Shown piece after piece: positions 11,790-23,699 of a stretch of DNA of 64,000 nucleotides. Source of the stretch: Puccinia triticina (taxonomy: Eukaryota); NCBI GenBank assembly GCA_026914245.1, contig CP110439.1, positions 4,030,001 to 4,094,000 of the forward strand, in the 5' to 3' direction. The number at the start of each line of letters is the position of its first letter. Positions within the stretch are counted from its first letter, which is position 1. Position numbers and translations under genes: made by a program. Below the pieces are notes generated by a model, which was not told where the DNA came from, ran no database searches, and worked only from the letters and a program-made list of their open reading frames with translations.

Positions 11790-13110
11790 ATTCAATCTTT
11801 GCTCTCCAGAGAGACAAGGAACAGTTCTTGCAAAAGGACTCGAGCTTGTTGAAGTCCATCGTTGCCGTTGCTGCGGAGCGTGAAACGAACTCGCGAAGCA
11901 ACCTTTTTATCTCATCATGAACACCAGCATGTCCTCCTCTGATGCACGAGGCCTGCATTAGAATTTGCCTTCCTCTGAAGGCGTCTCGCGAGTATGGAGG
12001 GATCAAGCTTTGAAACTCAGGATGATGAGATTTGAATGATGTATTTTGCAATACAACAAGGAGAGACACAGAGACAGAGACAAAAATATAAACAGGAACA
12101 GGAACAGAAACAGAAACAGAAACAGAAACATACTGCAGGATGTAAATCAAAGGAAGAGAAAGACCAAAACAAACAATCAGACGGAAAAAGGAGAGGAAAA
12201 GAGTACTAAATCACACAAACAAGACAGAGACAGAGACAGATAGCAATGGTAGTGATGGCAAGGAAAATCGAAGGAGGGATCTTGATCCATTTAAAGTTGA
12301 CAGATTTTTGGATGCTCTGCAGGTGGGAATTGCCATCGAAGTCTTAATTTAATGATTAAAAATAAATAAGAAGGGTGTCCAAATAGTTTAGGCTTGGAAT
12401 TCAAGGGAGACGGTGGCCAAGTGGTCCACTATGTTTTTCCTTCCCGTCACTGAGCATCTCGTTGAATGTTCCCTTTGGGGGCGGCTAGGACACAAGATTG
12501 AAGCATTCATGATTTCGAAGAGCTCTAGATGTGAGGTGCTGCAGCTTGCATTATTTGAAATCAACTGCTTTAACGGTATCGCCACCGGTTCTTGAGCAAT
12601 TGCATCATTGGCAGACGCGGAGGGTTGTAAAGGTGGGAGGGTATATCGTTTGGATCATTGAAAGAGATTGAGGATTCTGACTCCGAGGAATCAATCCAGT
12701 AGTTGCCAGTAGGGGATGAGGATTGGTGCCCTGCAAAAGGAGGCAGATTTTTGCTGTCTTGCGCAGGATCCGAGTCAAGGGAGAAGATAGAGCCCAAGCT
12801 CAACCTTTGCGTGGCGGTGGTGATTGCGCTGGATGATTGACTTGACTGTGGCGGTGCGCAAAACGGAAGGCTCGAGTGGGGTTGCAGGAAGACTGGCTTT
12901 GGATCCAAGTCTGGTTCTTGGGCTCTGACTGCCTTCCGAAACACTCATGACATCACTCTCGCTGAGGAGAAGCAAGCTCATCGGGGTATTGTGCGACATC
13001 TTTGGGTATTCAAGAGAGAATCAGTAAAAAAACACGGGTACGTATCTGTTGAAAAATCCAAGAGAGAAAAATCAGTACAGAGCACAAGGAAAAAACATTG
13101 GCCATTATTC
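11790..13110 (-). pseudogene. Frameshifted paralog of the hypothetical gene at 17629-18162
   Basis: 12570-13110 is nearly identical to 17629-18170 but has an extra G near 12781, splitting the ORF into 12775-12999 and 12570-12944. Confidence 0.6.
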
Positions 13111-13636
13111 ATGAATCTGGGACTTTTTTTTTTTTTTTTTGAGATGGGACCTCGCTAAGATGGTGATGGCATTGATACCGATATTGATTATTGATTTATT
13201 TCCGTTCGCAGTCTTTAGCATCCCATCATTTATCAACTCCATGCTTTTTAGAGTTTCACTCACAACTAAATATCATCTATCTCATACCCTAATTGCCTTG
13301 CAAAGACATTTGTAAATTTATTTTAGGCCTCTTGCTCAATCTTATGCCTGTCAATTCATTATTTTCTGGTCACTCTTTGCGTGTCAATCTTTCCTCCTTA
13401 TCTTTGACAGATTTCAACTGTGGCTTTTATCGGATTTTTCCTCAGATTCCCCTAGGATGCAACTGGCTGTGTTGAAAGTAGAAGACAGACATGGACAGGT
13501 GACTATATGTTAACTCCTACACAGAGGCCTTATCGAAATTGTGTTTCTATGGGCTTCTTGCAACATAAAATTGGTTTCAGGCCCTTTGTTTGACAAAAAA
13601 AGAACATAGCTAGGGACTGTCAAACAAACGATGGGT

Positions 13637-14167
13637 TGTTACACTGTGACACGGTTGTGGTGATCTAGGAAGCCGCTGAGTCTGTTCCAGACGCCGGTGT
13701 CTTGCAAATTGGGGAGGCAGTGGCGCTCTTGCTGACGGTATGAGCAATCCCATCGCCAGCCGGGCTGCCAGCTATCTTGCGAGCTGGCTTGCTTGCTGGT
13801 GCCCCCAGAAAGACCTCGATATCTGTGCTAGCGACTCAGAGCCCGGGTTCAGCCGGTCTGCAAGGATACGTTGCGACTATGCAGTGGACATGCTCTTGGG
13901 CTTAATTGAGCACGCTGACGAGCAGCCGGATTCAAGAAAAATAAAAGAATAGCCGGGGTTGGCCCGAACTTAGCACAAGTTCCTCGCCTGCCGGGGGGCG
14001 CGGCGCGAAGCGCCTCGCACTAGTGCGACCTCCCGTCCTCTGTGAGACAGAGACCCTGCAGTGCGGGGCTGCCTCACTGGGAGACTTTGTTAAACTCGGG
14101 GTTGGCCAGAACTTCGGGCCGAACCATACTGTAGGGTTGGTTACGGCCACTCACCGCTTGTAATACA
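13637..14167. mobile_element. Possible solo LTR
   Basis: GC-rich ~530-bp island starting TGTTACA and ending TGTAATACA; no target-site duplication found. Confidence 0.4.
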
Positions 14168-14460
14168 TTCAAGTTGGCTATCGTGATTCGTCGTCAGGCG
14201 TCCATCTATCTACAGACGCAGTTGGTCCGTGATAAACCAGTGATTAGTTTGGCCACGGGCCTGGAGCCGTTTAAAATCAAGGAAATGGCAACCAATGATG
14301 ATATGCTAACTGTCGACTGAACTTGCAGATATGACCGGGCGATAATTGCCAAACTAAGAACCTACCAAGCGACCGTCAGTTCACTCAAACATCAGTGTTG
14401 AATGGATCGATGCTCTTGGAGTTTGACGAGCCCTCTCTCCATCTTGCTTTGGAGTGTCGG

Positions 14461-14468
14461 GTATAAAG
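14461..14468 (+). promoter_or_regulatory. Candidate TATA box of the glycine-rich gene
   Basis: GTATAAAG about 235 bp upstream of ATG 14697. Confidence 0.35.
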
Positions 14469-14696
14469 ACCAATCCCCTGTGCGCACTTTTGGGGATTCT
14501 ACTTCAGTCACCCCACAAGTAACTCACTTCCATTTCTTGAGCCGGACTCGTTTAATTATAATAATCCTTTCGGTCACCTGAATACATCTTTTTCCGCTTT
14601 CACTCAGACCATTCCATATCCCATTATCATCCAGACATCGAAGAACCAAAAAAAACCTTCCCATCCTTCCGCTTTCCAATAATACTGCCCTCCATA

Positions 14697-15465
14697 ATGT
14701 TCTCAACACAGCTCTCGACGATGATCACAGTAGCAGCCCTGAGCATAACATCCCTAACCCGCGCCGCCCCGACCCCCCAACTCGGCGGACTCTCGAGTTA
14801 CAACAACGGAGGCCAATTTGGTAATTCGCAAGTCGGTGCCAATGGGTACGGAATGAACGGATACAACAGCGGCTACAACGGCGGCCTGGCATCTAACGGC
14901 GGCCAATCGAGCTCGAACTCATTCCAACAGTCATCTGGCACATCCACTCAATCATCTGGAGGCGCACTCAACGCCTATGGCTCCGGAGGTGCTAACGGCT
15001 ACGGTGCCAATGGCTACGGCATGAACGGGATGAACAATTACGGCTCCGGGTACGGTAGCGGCTCATCCCTACTCGGCGGTGGACTAGGTTACGGCGGCAG
15101 ACTAGGCGGTGGCTATGGAGGAGGCGTAAGTTTTTTTCTTCTTTGTGGTCTTATGACTTTGGTCTAAGCAAATCCTAATCGTGAAATGTTCCATTCTCCA
15201 GATGGGCTATGGATTGGGAGGAGGTCTTGGTGGCGGGTATGGCCTCGGTGGAGGGTACGGAATGGGTGGAGGCTACGGAATGGGTGGAGGCTACGGTGGT
15301 GGTGGAGGATTCGGTGGAGGATTTGGAGGAGGATTTGGAGGAGGATTTGGCGAGGGGTACGGTGGAGGAGGCGGAGGAGGATTCGGTGGAGGAGGCGGAG
15401 GTGGATTCGGTGGTGGATTCGGTGGTGGATTCATTGGTGGTGGTGGATTCGGCGGAGGCTACTAA
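14697..15465 (+). CDS. Secreted glycine-rich protein, 230 aa, 2 exons (14697-15125, 15202-15465)
   Basis: Signal-peptide-like MFSTQLSTMITVAALSITSLTRA-APTP; intron GTAAG...CTAATC...CAG keeps the frame; GGGY/GGGF repeats. Confidence 0.88.
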
Positions 15466-15899
15466 TCCGCTTCTCCCCTTCCTGCTCTATTCTCTTCTTC
15501 TTTCCACTGTTATCTTTCTGGGCATCTGCGGTTTATAGAACACTTCACTTAATTGGACGATCGGGTAGCATATTCAATTTCATTATTCTCATATTTTATC
15601 TTATCCTCTACAAATGTTGGATTGTTTTTTTCTTTGGAATTTTCCTACCTTTTTTATGGATGGCTTAATATTTATAGCAAACTGCCCTGTGGCTAAAAGT
15701 TGCATGATTGAACCTCGCTTGAAACGCACGGGTTTGATGATATCTTGCTTTTGATCATCAAGAGGACGACGGTCCCTGAAAATGAAGCAAGAACATGGAG
15801 TAGATGCTACCAGAAACATATGGCTAACAAAACAAATGGTTTATGAAGACATGGTAGTAGCCCCTAACATTATATAGAGACGTGCTGAATAGCATTTGT

Positions 15900-18162
15900 G
15901 CTTGATCAACATTCTTTTAACATCGCGGATTGACCTGCCACACAATCATTGAAGCCGGTAAGGAATAGGCAAATAACATCAACACTTTTGGGCAAGGCAG
16001 GCACCACATCAAATTCAGTTTTTGTGAGAAGAACGGATGTTGGGATCACGTGAAGAGTGGAGAGTGATCTTGGTTGTTTTTGGTGGACTGAAGATAGTTC
16101 TGGAGTTTTTGGGTGCTGATAGGATGTGGAGTTTGGAAGCGATTGCGTATGGAGGAGGATGGAGAAAGGTAGAGGGTGAGGACCGGCCTGCATCTTTTAT
16201 AGGCCTCTGGCATCTAGAAAGATGGCTGGCTTATCCCAGAGAACGTCTGAGTTTCCGTCATGGTCCACATCAAAACCTACCAGACCTTGCCGTGATGGCA
16301 ATAAATATTTTGAATCAGAATGGTAGAATACCACCCCACCTCAATGTCTTTGACACTCTCGAAGCTGCACGGATTTTTCAAGCGCGCCAACCCATTAATA
16401 GTGGACTCGTCTTCTCTTTGGTTCTCAAATCCCACGGCAAAGTTAAGCAGGCCTGGATTGGTTGGCGATTGCTAGTAGGAGACGCGAGGGCAAACGTGAT
16501 GCGTCTAGTGTGGAAGAGACGTGTTCCAAGGGCTTGTCGGGATATATGCCGCAGGAACAGGGAGAAGAAGGTAAGTAGAAGCAGCGCGCCATGAGTAGCT
16601 ATTGCTAGCTGGCCTGCTAGTGGACTATCTTTGATGGTGCATGTTATGGGGGAAATGCGCGCATCACTAATTGTAGCACTGGACACAGGGTTCTGATACA
16701 AGAATGAAAATTCAAAACACCCAAAGCTGGATACTCTCTCCATGAATGTTATCATGGAGGCCATATCCGGCATCGCCGTGTTTGTCTCCATATCCATATC
16801 CTAGCCCGTCCTTAGTCCTCTCCCGATGACACCGCCATGGGAAGGCCCCACATCGGATGCCACACCCCGAAAAACTCAGTGGAATGACATCAAGTGAGAT
16901 TCCAGTACATGGATTGATAACGCGCGGCCTCGCACCCAAACTCCCAAGGGTGATCATGTATCAAATCAGAGACCTGAGAAGGAGAATGCGGCTTGTGAAG
17001 GACGCGAACTGAACGAAGTCCTGCGCAGTGGAGCGTCGAAGGCCACCCCTGCCGGTAATCATGCTGATTTGAAAAGGTGTGACGCCCCGGGAGCACAAAG
17101 GCATGCCTGCTCATAAATGAGACCCTCATTAGAGTTGGCCTGGATCTGTAGGCCTGTTGCGAGTGTTAGGGCGTTCAGGGTAATGTATTTTGAATTGCGT
17201 GTTTTTGAATAAGAAAAACGGATGAGGCCCAGAGACAGAGACAGATATTAAGATGAGGATAAAAAACAAACAGTTAGAAACAGGGAGAAACCAACAAGTA
17301 AAACACAAAAATAAAAAAAACAGAAACAGAGACATAGACAGATACTATGGAGAGATGAAATATTGTGCATGCTCTGCCGGGGTGAATTAGCATCCAATTC
17401 TTGATTTAATTTTCAGAGAACAGATAACATGATTTCCAAATGGAACATGGTTTGGATCCATAAGGGAATGTGGCCAAGTGGTCCGCATTGTGTCTCCTTC
17501 CTATCGTCGCTTTCAATTTTCCCTGCGTGATATTTTCCAAGATTCAATTATTCAGGATACAAGTACAACGCAGAGCTCTGGAGGTGAGGGGCTGCTAGTC
17601 TCAGAATGATTATTTGGAATCAATTGCTTTAACGGTATCGCCACCAGTTCTTGAGCAATTGCATCATTGGCAGACGCGGAGGGTTGTAAAGGTGGGAGGG
17701 TATATCGTTTGGATCATTGAAAGAAATTGAGGTTTCTGACTCCGAGGAATCGATCCAGTAGTTGCCAGTAGGGGATGAGGATTGGTGTCCTGCAAAGGGA
17801 GGCAGATTTTTGCTGTCTTGCGCAGGATCCGAGTCAAGGAGAAGATAGAGCCCGAGCTCAACCTTTGCGTGGCGGTAGTGATTGCGCTGGATGATTGACT
17901 CGACTGTGGCGGTGCGCAAAACGGAAGGCTCGAGTGGGGTTGCAGGAAGACTGGCTTTGGATCCAAGTCTGGTTCTTGGGCTCTGACTGCCTTCCGAAAC
18001 ACTCATGAAATCACTCTCGCTGGGAAGAAAGCTCATCGGGGTATTGAGCGACATCTTCGGGTATTCAAGAAGAGAATCAGTAAAAAACACGGGTATGGAT
18101 CTGTTGAAAATCGAGGAAAAAATCAGTAAAGTCTCGGAGCACGAGAAAAGAACATCGGTCAT
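15900..18162 (-). pseudogene. Lineage-specific hypothetical gene or pseudogene, middle copy of a local duplication
   Basis: Intact 177-aa ORF at 17629-18162; 16015-17000 resembles 18245-19000; several broken minus-strand ORFs. Confidence 0.4.
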
Positions 18163-18244
18163 TATTTATGAATCAGTACTCACTGTGTACTTTTTTTTCT
18201 GGTGGGAGAACTCAGAAAGTCCTGATTATCCTCGCTAAACTATT

Positions 18245-19075
18245 GGTTTTGGTGAGAATAATGGATATTGAGATCACGTCAAGAGTGGAGAGTGATCTTG
18301 GTTGTTTTTTGGTGGGCTGAAGAAAGTTGTGGAGTTTTTGGGTGTTGATAGGATGGGGAGATTGGATGCGATTGCGGATGGAGGCGGATGGAGAAAGGTG
18401 GAGGGTGAGGACCGGACTGTATCTTTTATAGGCGTCCGAAGTCCAGAAAGATGGCTGGTCTATCCAAATTAACACCTGGTTTTCCTTCATGGACCGCATC
18501 AAAATGCACCAGGCCTTGCCGTGATGGCAAGGAAGATTTCGAAGCAGACTGGTGGAATACCAGCCCACCTCAATGATATACGCACTTGAAGCTGCACGGA
18601 TTTTCGAACCGCGCCAACCCATTAATAGTGGACTTGTCTTCTCTTGGGTTCTCGGACCCCACGGTAACGCAGGCCTTGATTGGTCGGCGGATGCTAGTAG
18701 GAGACGCGTGGCATGGAAGAGACGCGTTCCAGCTCACTGATAGAGAGCCAGGCTCGCGGAAGTGGCGGGTTGGGCCGCATGATTAGGCAGAGATAGGTAC
18801 AATTACAAACAGCTTTACCATGAGTAGCTGTGTCGAGTTGGCCCGCGACTACCACTAATGATGTTATGAGGACAAACTTGGTACCGTCGGCAGATGCGCC
18901 CTGAAAACCAGAAGGCACTTACATTCAGCGAGATGCTTGGACGTGGATTGATAAGGCGCCACTTGGGTCCCAAACTCCCTGGGCTGATCAAGCGACTGAA
19001 GGAGGACGCTACTTTGCTGAAGCTTCGCGAGTCCAGTTCCCTCCCGGGGCAGAGTCCCAAGGAATTATGATGCAT
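18245..19075 (-). repeat. Diverged duplicate of ~16015-17000
   Basis: Shared blocks such as GAGTGGAGAGTGATCTTGGTTGTTTTTTGGTGG, GAAGCTGCACGGATTTT, GCGCCAACCCATTAATAGTGGACT and CCCAAACTCCC. Confidence 0.75.
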
Positions 19076-19401
19076 GCACCCAATATCAGCTCACACTATA
19101 AACAACCAAATTCATTTCTACTTTTTTGACCCTAGCATCAAGCTCCCTCCCAACCCCCCCTTTTTTCAGAAAGAACAAAAAAACAAAACCAAAATAAAAC
19201 AAATCAAACCAAAGACAAAAATAGGAACAATAAACCGCCCGAATCTTCTAGCCATTAAATATTGATAAAAGTGCAAAAGAAATAAATAAATTGATTGAGT
19301 TGAGTTGAGCATGAAGGAAAATGAGAGAATGGAGAGCAAAGCAAAAACCAAAACGAAGGGTGTTTCCATTCTAGTTCCAAGCATCCAGATGAGAGAGTCG
19401 A

Positions 19402-22400
19402 TTAAAGCGCGTCCTTGTCAGTTGGTGTTGGAGGAGTAGGCAAGCCGAGCAAGGGGGGAGGGGCGTCTTGGCGGATCTTTTGAGTGCGGACTTGGTTTCG
19501 GAGGGACCTTCTTAACACGCCAGGCCTTCCACTAGGCGGCTCGTTTTCGTTCGTCGACGTCTCCGGCCTCTCCTTCGTCGAGACCACCCGTTCTTTTTTC
19601 TTCTTCGCCAGTACCGTCGGGTTGGGGGGTTGCGATCCGGCGTCTTCTTTGGGCTTGGATTCCACCCGTTTCTCTTCTTTGGGAGCGGATTGCGATGGTC
19701 TTCCTTCTTCCTTCAAGCCCGACTCCGTCCTACTTGCTTCTTTTTCTTTTGAAACGATTTCCTTCCCGGGACCCTCTTCTTTCCTTCTGTTATACACGAC
19801 TTCTTTACTAGGCCCTGCTTCCTTTTTTTGATGCACCATGCTCTTGCTAGGACCACTCAAGCTTGGCTCCCGCTGGAGTTCACTGCCATTCTCCCGCGCA
19901 CGATTCCGACGGGGCGGGGATCGAGTGGCCACTTGTCTGAGCTCACGATCACGATCTTCGTGAAACCTGGGGTCCTGCTTCCTCTCCTTCGGCGATCTCA
20001 GCTCCTCAACGACTCGTGAAAGCTGCCGCGGTCGGCTTAGCCTCGGATATGTCTCCCTAACCAGCCACTCAGAGATTCCTCTACTTAATAAATATTCCGG
20101 CGATACTCCCAACGAAAACAGCTCGCTCATCATCCTCTCTGCCTCTCTCTTTTTAGTCGCAAAATCTAAGCCTGGAGAAGTCCCTTCCCCTAAGATACGA
20201 CAGGAAAAAGTAAAATCGGAAAATCAGTTAATCATTGGCAAAAGAAAATTGAGACTGGTTACGATGGACGCGTACAAAGGATGGAGTCAACAGTTTACAA
20301 AGCACTGACTTTGGTTTCCACCTCTATTCTCTATCTCACTGGGGCCAGCCCGGTTGTGCTTCAGGTGTTCGGTGGGGTGATCAGGGGGATTGCCTGGATG
20401 TCGAGGAGGCACCGGTCCAGGTTCTTGGATCTGAGCAAACGCTCGTCGAGGTTGACCCATGTGATGGTAGGGATCGGCAGGAACGGGTGCTGGCTCATCA
20501 GCACTCCGCATGCGCTGTTTTTCTGAATTAAGCCGATGATATTGAGGAGGAGGAGGAGGAGGGTACGGTTGTGGGTCTAACTGAAAACCCCCGGAAGCGG
20601 ACTGATGGGGAATCGGTAAGGGCTGGGGTTCGAACGCAGCGGCTGGGGCTGTTTCAAAGCCGTCCGCTGATCTTGATGACTGGGGTGGATGATGAAAGCC
20701 ATGATGGGCAGGTGGGACAGGATAATTGGGTACCAGTCTACTTTCCGTAATTTGTTGGGGGGGATGGGGTCGGGTAGGGTAAGGCGCCCGGGAAGCTTGT
20801 CCTGGATCAAGCTGGTAGGTTGGTCGACGTTGCTGTTCTGCGTCATGTTGATAGTAAGGCGACTGGTTTTCGCTATGAATTTCATGGTTGGACGACGGTG
20901 GGACTGGGGGCGGATGATAGCCATGTGCCGATGTTGAAGACTCGGGCGGATGATAGACATGTGCCGATGTTGACGACTCGGGCGGATGATAGGCATGTGC
21001 CGATGTTGAAGGCTCGGGCGGATGATAGGCATGTGCCGATGTTGAAGGCTCGGGCGGATGGTGAAATTCATGATGAGCAGGTGTAACAGGATAATTGGGT
21101 ACCAGCCGGCTTTCCATTGTTTGATGAACTTGATGAGCTCTGGGAGCTCGGGGAGGGTGAGGCACCTGCGGAGGCTGTTCCGAGGCAAGTCGGTAAGGTG
21201 GTTGACGTGGCTGTTCCGGAGCATGCTGGTAGTAAGGCAGCTGATTGTTGATGTGTGCGTCAAGATGAGAGGTAACGGATGGTGAGACTGATGGTGGATG
21301 ATGGGCTTGAGGTGGGTAATAAGCTTCGGGCGGTGTATGGTGGGGCTCCTGAGGTTGACGTAAGTACGGGTTGTGCGTAGATGGACCGGCGATCGGCTGA
21401 GGAGTGTGCGAGGCTTGTTGGCTTTGGAAAGACGGGTGTTGTGAAGCTTCGTATTCTTCAAAGGAGGGATGATTGGCAGCTTCGTACCCGCGAGCTGGCT
21501 GTAGCGCAGCCGGTGAGGGCTGAGCTGGAGGTGGACGGTAGGCATTGTAATGGCTCGGAGGGTAGTTCGGCACCAGATTTGGAGGGTGAGCAGGTTGATG
21601 TGGGGTAGAAGGCAGAGAAGATTCGGACGCGGTTTGAACAGGGTATAAAGGCTGACGAGGCGGTTCACGAAAGACTTGCGGGGGATGCGACGGTTCACGA
21701 TAGGCCTCGGGTGGCTGTTCATGATAGGCCTCGGGTGGCTGTTCATGATAGGCTTCGTGAGGCTGCTCTTGATAGGCTTGGGGTGGCTGCTCATGATAGG
21801 CTCTGGGTGGCTGCTCTTGATAGGCTTGGGGTGGCTGCTCATGATAGGCTTCGGGTGGCTGCTCATGGCAGCCTTCGGGTGGCTGCTCGTGATAGGCCTC
21901 GGGTGGCTGCTCGTGATAGGCTTCGGGTGGAAGCGGCTGCTCATGATAGGCCTCGGGCGGATGAGGCTGTTCATGATAAGCTTGCGGGGGGTGCGGTTGG
22001 TCTTGATACAGCTCAGGTGGGTGTGCCTGTTCATGATATGCCTCTGGAATATGTGTTTGTTCTTGATAGACCTGGGGTGGGTGGGCTCGTTCGTGATAGG
22101 CCTCTCGGTGCTGGGGTGGTTCTAGGTAGACTTCTCGGTCCTGGGGTGGTTCTCGGTAGATTTCTGGTCGACGAGGTGGCTCATGGTAGACTTCAGGGTG
22201 ATGGGTCTGCTCGCGATGGAGTTCATGGCGATGCGGTCGGTCTTGATAGACTTCTGGTCGCCGATGGGGCCGTTCATGATAGAGTTCTTGGTGACGAGGC
22301 CGTTCTTGATAGACTTCCGGGCGATGCGGACGTTCAGGGTGGACTTCAGGGTGATCGTATTGTTGATCTGGATGATAGTTTGGCTGGCGGTCGAGTTGGT

Positions 22401-22914
22401 CGAAGTTGGCTGGGTTGCGATGATGACGATGAGGAGGAGGGGGATATTGATGATAGTCGACGAAATCTTGATTTGGAGGCTGATCGAAGTTTTCGTTCCG
22501 ATTTCCATCGGCATCGTCCGTAAAACTTGCCCTTCTCCTTGGTCTCTGGTGGTTGGTCGGATCTGGACGAGTATCGCTGAATCTCCTGCCGGCATGCCAT
22601 CGCCTGGGCTGAGGAGCACGGTTGAACTCTCTGTTTTCGCTGCGTGCTCGATCCTCGTTAGCCCTGTGTGCTCGATCCTCGTTAGCCCTGCGTGCTTCGG
22701 CTCGTTGGGCCCTTGCTTGAGAGGCGATCCTGTTCGCCCTGGCCATCACCTTTCTGGCTTTGGCCGAGGCATAGACACGCTGTTCGTTTCCGGCTGGATG
22801 GCGGTTGTCATGCGCGGGGGGTAGTTGGTTGGCCGGTTGACGCTCTTGTTGGTCTTCTTCACTGATTTCGCCTTCCTCAAGCTGAGGGGCACGGTTGGCT
22901 GCGCTGTTCGGCAT
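19402..22914 (-). CDS. Pro/Gln/His-rich repeat protein, ~1130 aa, 2 exons (22914-20310, 20189-19402), N-terminal EEGEI motif
   Basis: The 875-aa and 243-aa ORFs join in frame through a phase-1 GTCAGT...CTTAG intron; mostly low-complexity repeats plus one short helical-looking segment, MMSELFSLGVSPEYLLSRGISEWLVRETY. Confidence 0.75.
20905..21062 (-). repeat. 36-bp coding tandem repeat (HPPEPSTSAHAY, 4 copies)
   Basis: Repeated CGGATGATAGGCATGTGCCGATGTTGAAGGCTCGGG-like unit. Confidence 0.85.
21690..22345 (-). repeat. Coding minisatellite: 24-bp units (YHEQPPEA) grading into ~30-bp units (HRPEVYHERP-like)
   Basis: Repeated GATAGGCCTCGGGTGGCTGTTCAT-like units, visible in the translation. Confidence 0.9.
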
Positions 22915-23699
22915 CGATGCAAACCCAACCCGACGGCCACGAGTATCCTAAACGACTGGCGATGTGAGCTCGAACGGACGACGAAAACAACGGGCGAACT
23001 TGCGCAGACAGCGATCCAAGGAGTCCGAGAGGATATGGCCACTGTCAACACCAGTCAACACATCAAACAGGGAGGTCAACCTACTGGACAGCTTGAAGGC
23101 TGGACTGAAAGGGGTTCATGTGTACATACATACGCTCGCTCGCTGGAGATGTGTTTCCAATACGCGAATCGATGTCAGTCACCGTCAGAAGTGCCTTCGA
23201 AGAATATTTTGGCGACTTTGCTGTTGGACATCAGCAGATCTGAGGAAGACTAGGAGAGCTCTGCCCGGCCTTTATACTTTCTATGGGTCACTTGCGGAAG
23301 AAACTAAGCAAGCACTGCATAAACATCATTCCGTGCTGCCACTGGTGACCGCAGCTGTTTGTCTGTCTCTTTGGTTGTTTGTATCCATCCAGCCTCACAC
23401 CTCTCTCTCCATAAATATTTGTGTAGTGCAATTTTTTACCCTCGACATCTCAAAACATTTGGATGTGGATGCGATTGACATGCACACCTCAGGCAGAAGA
23501 GAGCAGAAGTCGAACAAGAAGGGGACAGCTGAACAAAATATGATGTATCGAGCTTGTCAACCAATCTCTCAGCTCAAATAAGGGTGCCCCTGCTGACCAA
23601 CCAAGTATGTAGCCTAAATAAACTGTCACGAACGACTAATGAGAATATCGGCTGACCAACCTGAGCTAACGAAGGCTTATTATACCCACTTTGCCTTTT

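Noticed and set aside
12046..12243. RN/RD-repeat ORF and antisense VS-repeat ORF
   Set aside because: Hexanucleotide microsatellite (ACAGAA/ACAGAG) in probable intron.
15186..15668. Arg/Trp-rich antimicrobial-like ORF and Glu/Val/Asp-rich ORF
   Set aside because: Shifted frames of the GGN-rich exon 2; splice phase supports the glycine frame.
20577..22824. Long alternative-frame and antisense ORFs (485, 270, 213 aa)
   Set aside because: Explained by stop-poor tandem repeats within the 875-aa frame.
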